Source: a virus
Lineage: Duplodnaviria; Caudoviricetes
Virus record (IMG/VR): IMGVR_UViG_3300048998_000085
Location: 1 to 37,568 of that record
Strand: one strand, 5' to 3'
Length of the DNA: 37,568 bases
Position 1 is the first letter of the stretch, and each line of letters opens with the position of its first letter. A program made the position numbers and the translations under genes. The notes beneath the pieces are model-generated. The model did not search any database and was not told where the DNA came from. It worked only from the letters and a program-made list of their open reading frames with translations. Below, in pieces: positions 34,684-37,568 of this stretch.

Positions 34684-35061
34684 TCAATCGCTCGAGCGCA
34701 GATTCGATCGATGCGCGCTATTGAGCTCGAGATACTCGATTCGACGAATGCAGGCCTGCAGGGTTTGGCGCAGCACGTGCACCGCCGCCTCGAGCTCGCG
34801 CACGCGGTCGGGCTTCGGGTGCTGCGCATTCCACCGGGACAGATCCCGGCGGATCTCGTCGGCCAAGCGGAAACCCTCGAGCGGTGGCGGCGCCGCTTGG
34901 CTAACGTGCGTCGGATCAAATCCGCACATCAGCACCGTGCCAAGCCAAGCCTTTTCGTCATTCGTGCACGTGGGGCAAATACCGGGCCCGCCGCAGCGAG
35001 CTCTCGAGCCGTCGGGATTCGGGACAACCCAACCATGCGAGGACGTCGGCGGGCTTTTCAT
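34684..35061 (-). CDS. hypothetical protein with an HG.V.P.PDG..ARCGGP..C..C motif
   Basis: Cys/His motif; ATGA coupling. Confidence 0.7.
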   Translation of the reverse strand: MKSPPTSSHGWVVPNPDGSRARCGGPGICPTCTNDEKAWLGTVLMCGFDPTHVSQAAPPPLEGFRLADEIRRDLSRWNAQHPKPDRVRELEAAVHVLRQTLQACIRRIEYLELNSAHRSNLRSSD

Positions 35062-35222
35062 TTTCTCCCCGCCGCCAGGATGCGCAAGGCCGCGTCGTCT
35101 TTCGCCATTGCCACGCCGATCATTAGCAGCCGATCAGATGAGCCGGGTTTTAGTTTTGCAGCCTTGGCGTGCAGCTGTTTAGACTCGGCGCGCAATTGCT
35201 TTGCAAGCTCGGCATTGGTCAT
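35058..35222 (-). CDS. small basic hypothetical protein
   Basis: ATGA-coupled start at 35222 (MTNAEL). Confidence 0.6.
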   Translation of the reverse strand: MTNAELAKQLRAESKQLHAKAAKLKPGSSDRLLMIGVAMAKDDAALRILAAGRK

Positions 35223-35842
35223 AGCCCTCTCGCCCGTTTGAATTGAGCCCATGCAGCATTTACCTCGGCCATAGCCGCATCGGTGCCGCCCTTATCGGGA
35301 TGGCATGCACTGCGCGCGAATCGGTACGCCTCGCGCACGTGCTCGGTTTCGGCGTTGGCGGGCACCTTAAACACGTGATGCCACGGCCGCCCCGCCGGCG
35401 CGGGTAGGGCGGCAAAGCCGGTAAAAACGCGGTCGAGGATCTCGGCCGAGCCGTGCCGTTTGATTGCCCGCATGGCGTCTAACGTGTTGCCGATGGCGGC
35501 CAGATTGTCGGCGATGCGGTCATAAGTATCTATCGCGATGACACGCGAGCCGTGCACGGTTTGCCAGTAGACCGCGACGCCGACATCGCCGGGCTCGGAC
35601 GATGCCGCATCGATTCGCCCGTTAAGCCTTAGCTTTCGATTCGTGCTGATGACGATATCGTCTCGGCTGATTCCCGGGTGCATGCGCTCGAGCTCGAGCA
35701 CCACGCGGTCGACCGCATCCGGTATGCCGATGCGCCGGCCTTGCCTGGAAAAATTCCCCGACTTGCGAAAGCCGTGAGACGTGCGTTTCCAACCGTCCGG
35801 CCACGTCAGCGGATAGGCGCTGATTTTCTCGGGATCGATCAT
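35219..35842 (-). CDS. phage J-domain (DnaJ-like) protein
   Basis: AYPL.WP.GWKRT N-terminus, GVAVYW...AID.Y..IADNL.AI, C-terminal W..VF...AYR....HPDKGG...M.EVN.AW. Confidence 0.9.
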   Translation of the reverse strand: MIDPEKISAYPLTWPDGWKRTSHGFRKSGNFSRQGRRIGIPDAVDRVVLELERMHPGISRDDIVISTNRKLRLNGRIDAASSEPGDVGVAVYWQTVHGSRVIAIDTYDRIADNLAAIGNTLDAMRAIKRHGSAEILDRVFTGFAALPAPAGRPWHHVFKVPANAETEHVREAYRFARSACHPDKGGTDAAMAEVNAAWAQFKRARGL

Positions 35843-36270
35843 TGCGGCCTCGATAACGCCTCGAGCATGTCCTGTATCTCTTGCGAGATCCCCGGTGAGC
35901 GCGCCTTGCTTTCGCGAAGAATCGCCTCCTCTCGAACGCGATTCATTTGCGTGCTGACCTCGAGCGCGGCCTCGGCCATTTCGCGCGCGGCATCCTCGGA
36001 TCCGCAGCTGACCGACACCAATTCGAGCACCTGCAGCATGACGTCATCAAATGTCTTGCTGATCCTCGCGCACTCGGCCGGGGCGTTGGCCAGCGGGCCG
36101 CCCTCTTTGCGCATTGTTCGGATTAGGTACACGAAAAGCTTAGCGCGGTCGAAAAGCTGGACGCACGCGCGGAATCCATCCGCATATCTGTCGCCATTCA
36201 CGGCCCTAACCTCGGCGACGGCGCCGTCGAGAATTTCCTTGCGTTTCGTAAAGTCGGATTCGTATTTCAC
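35839..36270 (-). CDS. helical hypothetical protein
   Basis: GTGA-coupled start at 36270 (MKYESDF). Confidence 0.65.
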   Translation of the reverse strand: MKYESDFTKRKEILDGAVAEVRAVNGDRYADGFRACVQLFDRAKLFVYLIRTMRKEGGPLANAPAECARISKTFDDVMLQVLELVSVSCGSEDAAREMAEAALEVSTQMNRVREEAILRESKARSPGISQEIQDMLEALSRPQ

Positions 36271-36521
36271 TTTTGAGCCTCTGGTTTTTTCGCTTCGGTT
36301 AGGGTTTCGTCGGCACGCAGGCGCCAGTGAGTCGGTGTGTAGTACACATACATCGAGCCGTCGGGGATCCACCATAAGCGGCCGCGTCGCCGCAGGGTTT
36401 GCACATTGCGCTCGCCGTCCTTATCGTGAATCTTCGTCTCGACCTCGACCCCTTCGGGCGCGAGCACTTGGCTCGCGATATTCCAGAATGCACGCGCCTT
36501 GCCGTTAACGTGCGTTGCCAT
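36267..36521 (-). CDS. conserved small phage protein (DUF551-like PTHW motif)
   Basis: APEGVEVETKI.D..G.RN.Q.L.R.G.LW...DGSMYVYYTPTHWR. Confidence 0.75.
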   Translation of the reverse strand: MATHVNGKARAFWNIASQVLAPEGVEVETKIHDKDGERNVQTLRRRGRLWWIPDGSMYVYYTPTHWRLRADETLTEAKKPEAQK

Positions 36522-37072
36522 TAGTCGATTTCCCCGTCGCTATCGCCCACGCCCGCATCGCCGGTATTGTTCGCGCCTAATTCCAGCTGCGCGGCATCGC
36601 CCTTGCGAATCGATATCGAAATATCTTCGTCGAGCCACAACGTCGCTAAGGAGGCGCACTCCACCACGTCGAGCGGGCATTTCGCCTTGAACTCGAGCGG
36701 CGGGGATCCGCCGGGCGTGACGTCCAGGCCGAAGCTATCGAGTTTCACCTTATACAGATCTAAGTCGGCATCGCCCGAGGCGCCCCAGTGCAGGGTTATT
36801 TCGGCGTCTTTCACCAGCAGATCGAGCGGGACGTGCTTGATATATTCCGAGCGCGGCATCGCCGGTTGCGAGCCGTCGATCGTTTTTTGCATGCCGATAA
36901 CGTCGGTGCGATACAGACCGGCACGCACTTGCGGATCGATCAGATCGAGAATCGCGCTACTGTCAATCATCTTGAATGACAACGTGCCAGCGAGTGCCCA
37001 TTTGTCGCCGTGGCGCTCGCGCCTTAGCGCCACATTCGTAAGCTTTACGGCCTTTCGATCGAGCGCGAGCAT
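36521..37072 (-). CDS. conserved phage hypothetical protein
   Basis: TGATG coupling to the acb2 stop; KLTNV..R.E.HG pattern; acidic tail. Confidence 0.7.
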   Translation of the reverse strand: MLALDRKAVKLTNVALRRERHGDKWALAGTLSFKMIDSSAILDLIDPQVRAGLYRTDVIGMQKTIDGSQPAMPRSEYIKHVPLDLLVKDAEITLHWGASGDADLDLYKVKLDSFGLDVTPGGSPPLEFKAKCPLDVVECASLATLWLDEDISISIRKGDAAQLELGANNTGDAGVGDSDGEID

Positions 37073-37386
37073 CAAAAGCTCCCCGGTTGAGCAACCGCAC
37101 GCACTAGGGCCATTAGCGCGGTTTGCATATCTGTTTTGGCCATTGCCGCCCACCGCTCGGGCTCGGCCTGGTGCAATCTAAACGTCTCGTCATCCTTAAC
37201 CTGCAGATCCGACGGGCCATCGTTTGCGGCGGGCGTGCAAGCATGCCGTTGCTGCGCAATGTGTCCGCGCACTCTCGAGAGAGTGGTTGCGAATTGCGAG
37301 CCGAGCGCCTTGATCTCATTCATTAGATCGATCTCCTCGGCCGAGAGCTCGCGATATCCGGATATCTTCCGGTGCTGATTTTCCAT
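37072..37386 (-). CDS. acb2: anti-CBASS protein Acb2 (cyclic oligonucleotide sponge)
   Basis: MENQHRKISGYRELSAEEIDLMNEIK.LG...AEPERW.AMAKTDMQTALMALVRAVAQP.SF matches the Acb2/T4 Vs.4 family; AAGGT RBS. Confidence 0.92.
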   Translation of the reverse strand: MENQHRKISGYRELSAEEIDLMNEIKALGSQFATTLSRVRGHIAQQRHACTPAANDGPSDLQVKDDETFRLHQAEPERWAAMAKTDMQTALMALVRAVAQPGSF

Positions 37387-37422
37387 TGTGTGACCTTCTA
37401 ATAAGCCTGCTGGTTAATGTGC

Positions 37423-37447
37423 AAAAAAAGGCGCCCTTTCAGGCGCC
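37423..37447 (-). terminator. Rho-independent terminator, minus strand, spanning the circular junction
   Basis: A7-ggcgcc-ctttca-ggcgcc; separates the recombination genes from acb2. Confidence 0.7.
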
Positions 37448-37568
37448 CGGCCGGTACGCCGCCGGCTCGACACTACGTCGCACTACTGACAATGAAACCG
37501 CGGCGGGTAGGGCGCAGCGATCACCGGCAGGGCCGCCGGCAGGCGAAACCGGCGGAAATTGCCAGCAG
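37442..37568. repeat. 127-bp direct terminal repeat, right copy
   Basis: Identical to 1-127. Confidence 0.97.

Overview
This window is an apparently complete, circular ~37.4 kb tailed-phage genome. Bases 1-127 are repeated exactly at 37442-37568, which gives a 37,441 bp circle. The layout is lambdoid and the virion module is P22-like (podovirus). A leftward early arm carries RecE-like exonuclease, RecT/Bet, Acb2, a J-domain protein and small hypothetical genes. A rightward block carries Cro-like HTH, a DUF1376/YdaU replication initiator with internal iterons, and a RuvC-like resolvase. It is followed by GroES, TerS/TerL, portal, scaffold, coat, decoration and head-spike genes, gp4-like and gp10-like tail genes, an S74-chaperoned tail protein, an Asp/Asn beta-hydroxylase, a GNAT, three ejection proteins, a short tail fibre, and a holin-like/SAR endolysin/Rz/Rz1 cassette. 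I recognise no integrase, CI repressor, helicase, prohead protease, tRNA or CRISPR array. The most striking unexplained signal is a shared, gaplessly alignable 36-aa N-terminal leader on the coat protein and on the next (decoration-like) protein, with 17/36 identity (GLFAP...QRAGL.L). The leader is missing from that protein's adjacent paralog. Other points of interest are an S74 autocleaving chaperone on an ejection protein, an unannotated antisense 35-aa membrane gene at the P22 sieA position, several candidate nucleotide-signal sponge proteins, a parS-like palindrome, and strong CTCGAG enrichment. All family calls come from motif recognition by eye, not database searches.
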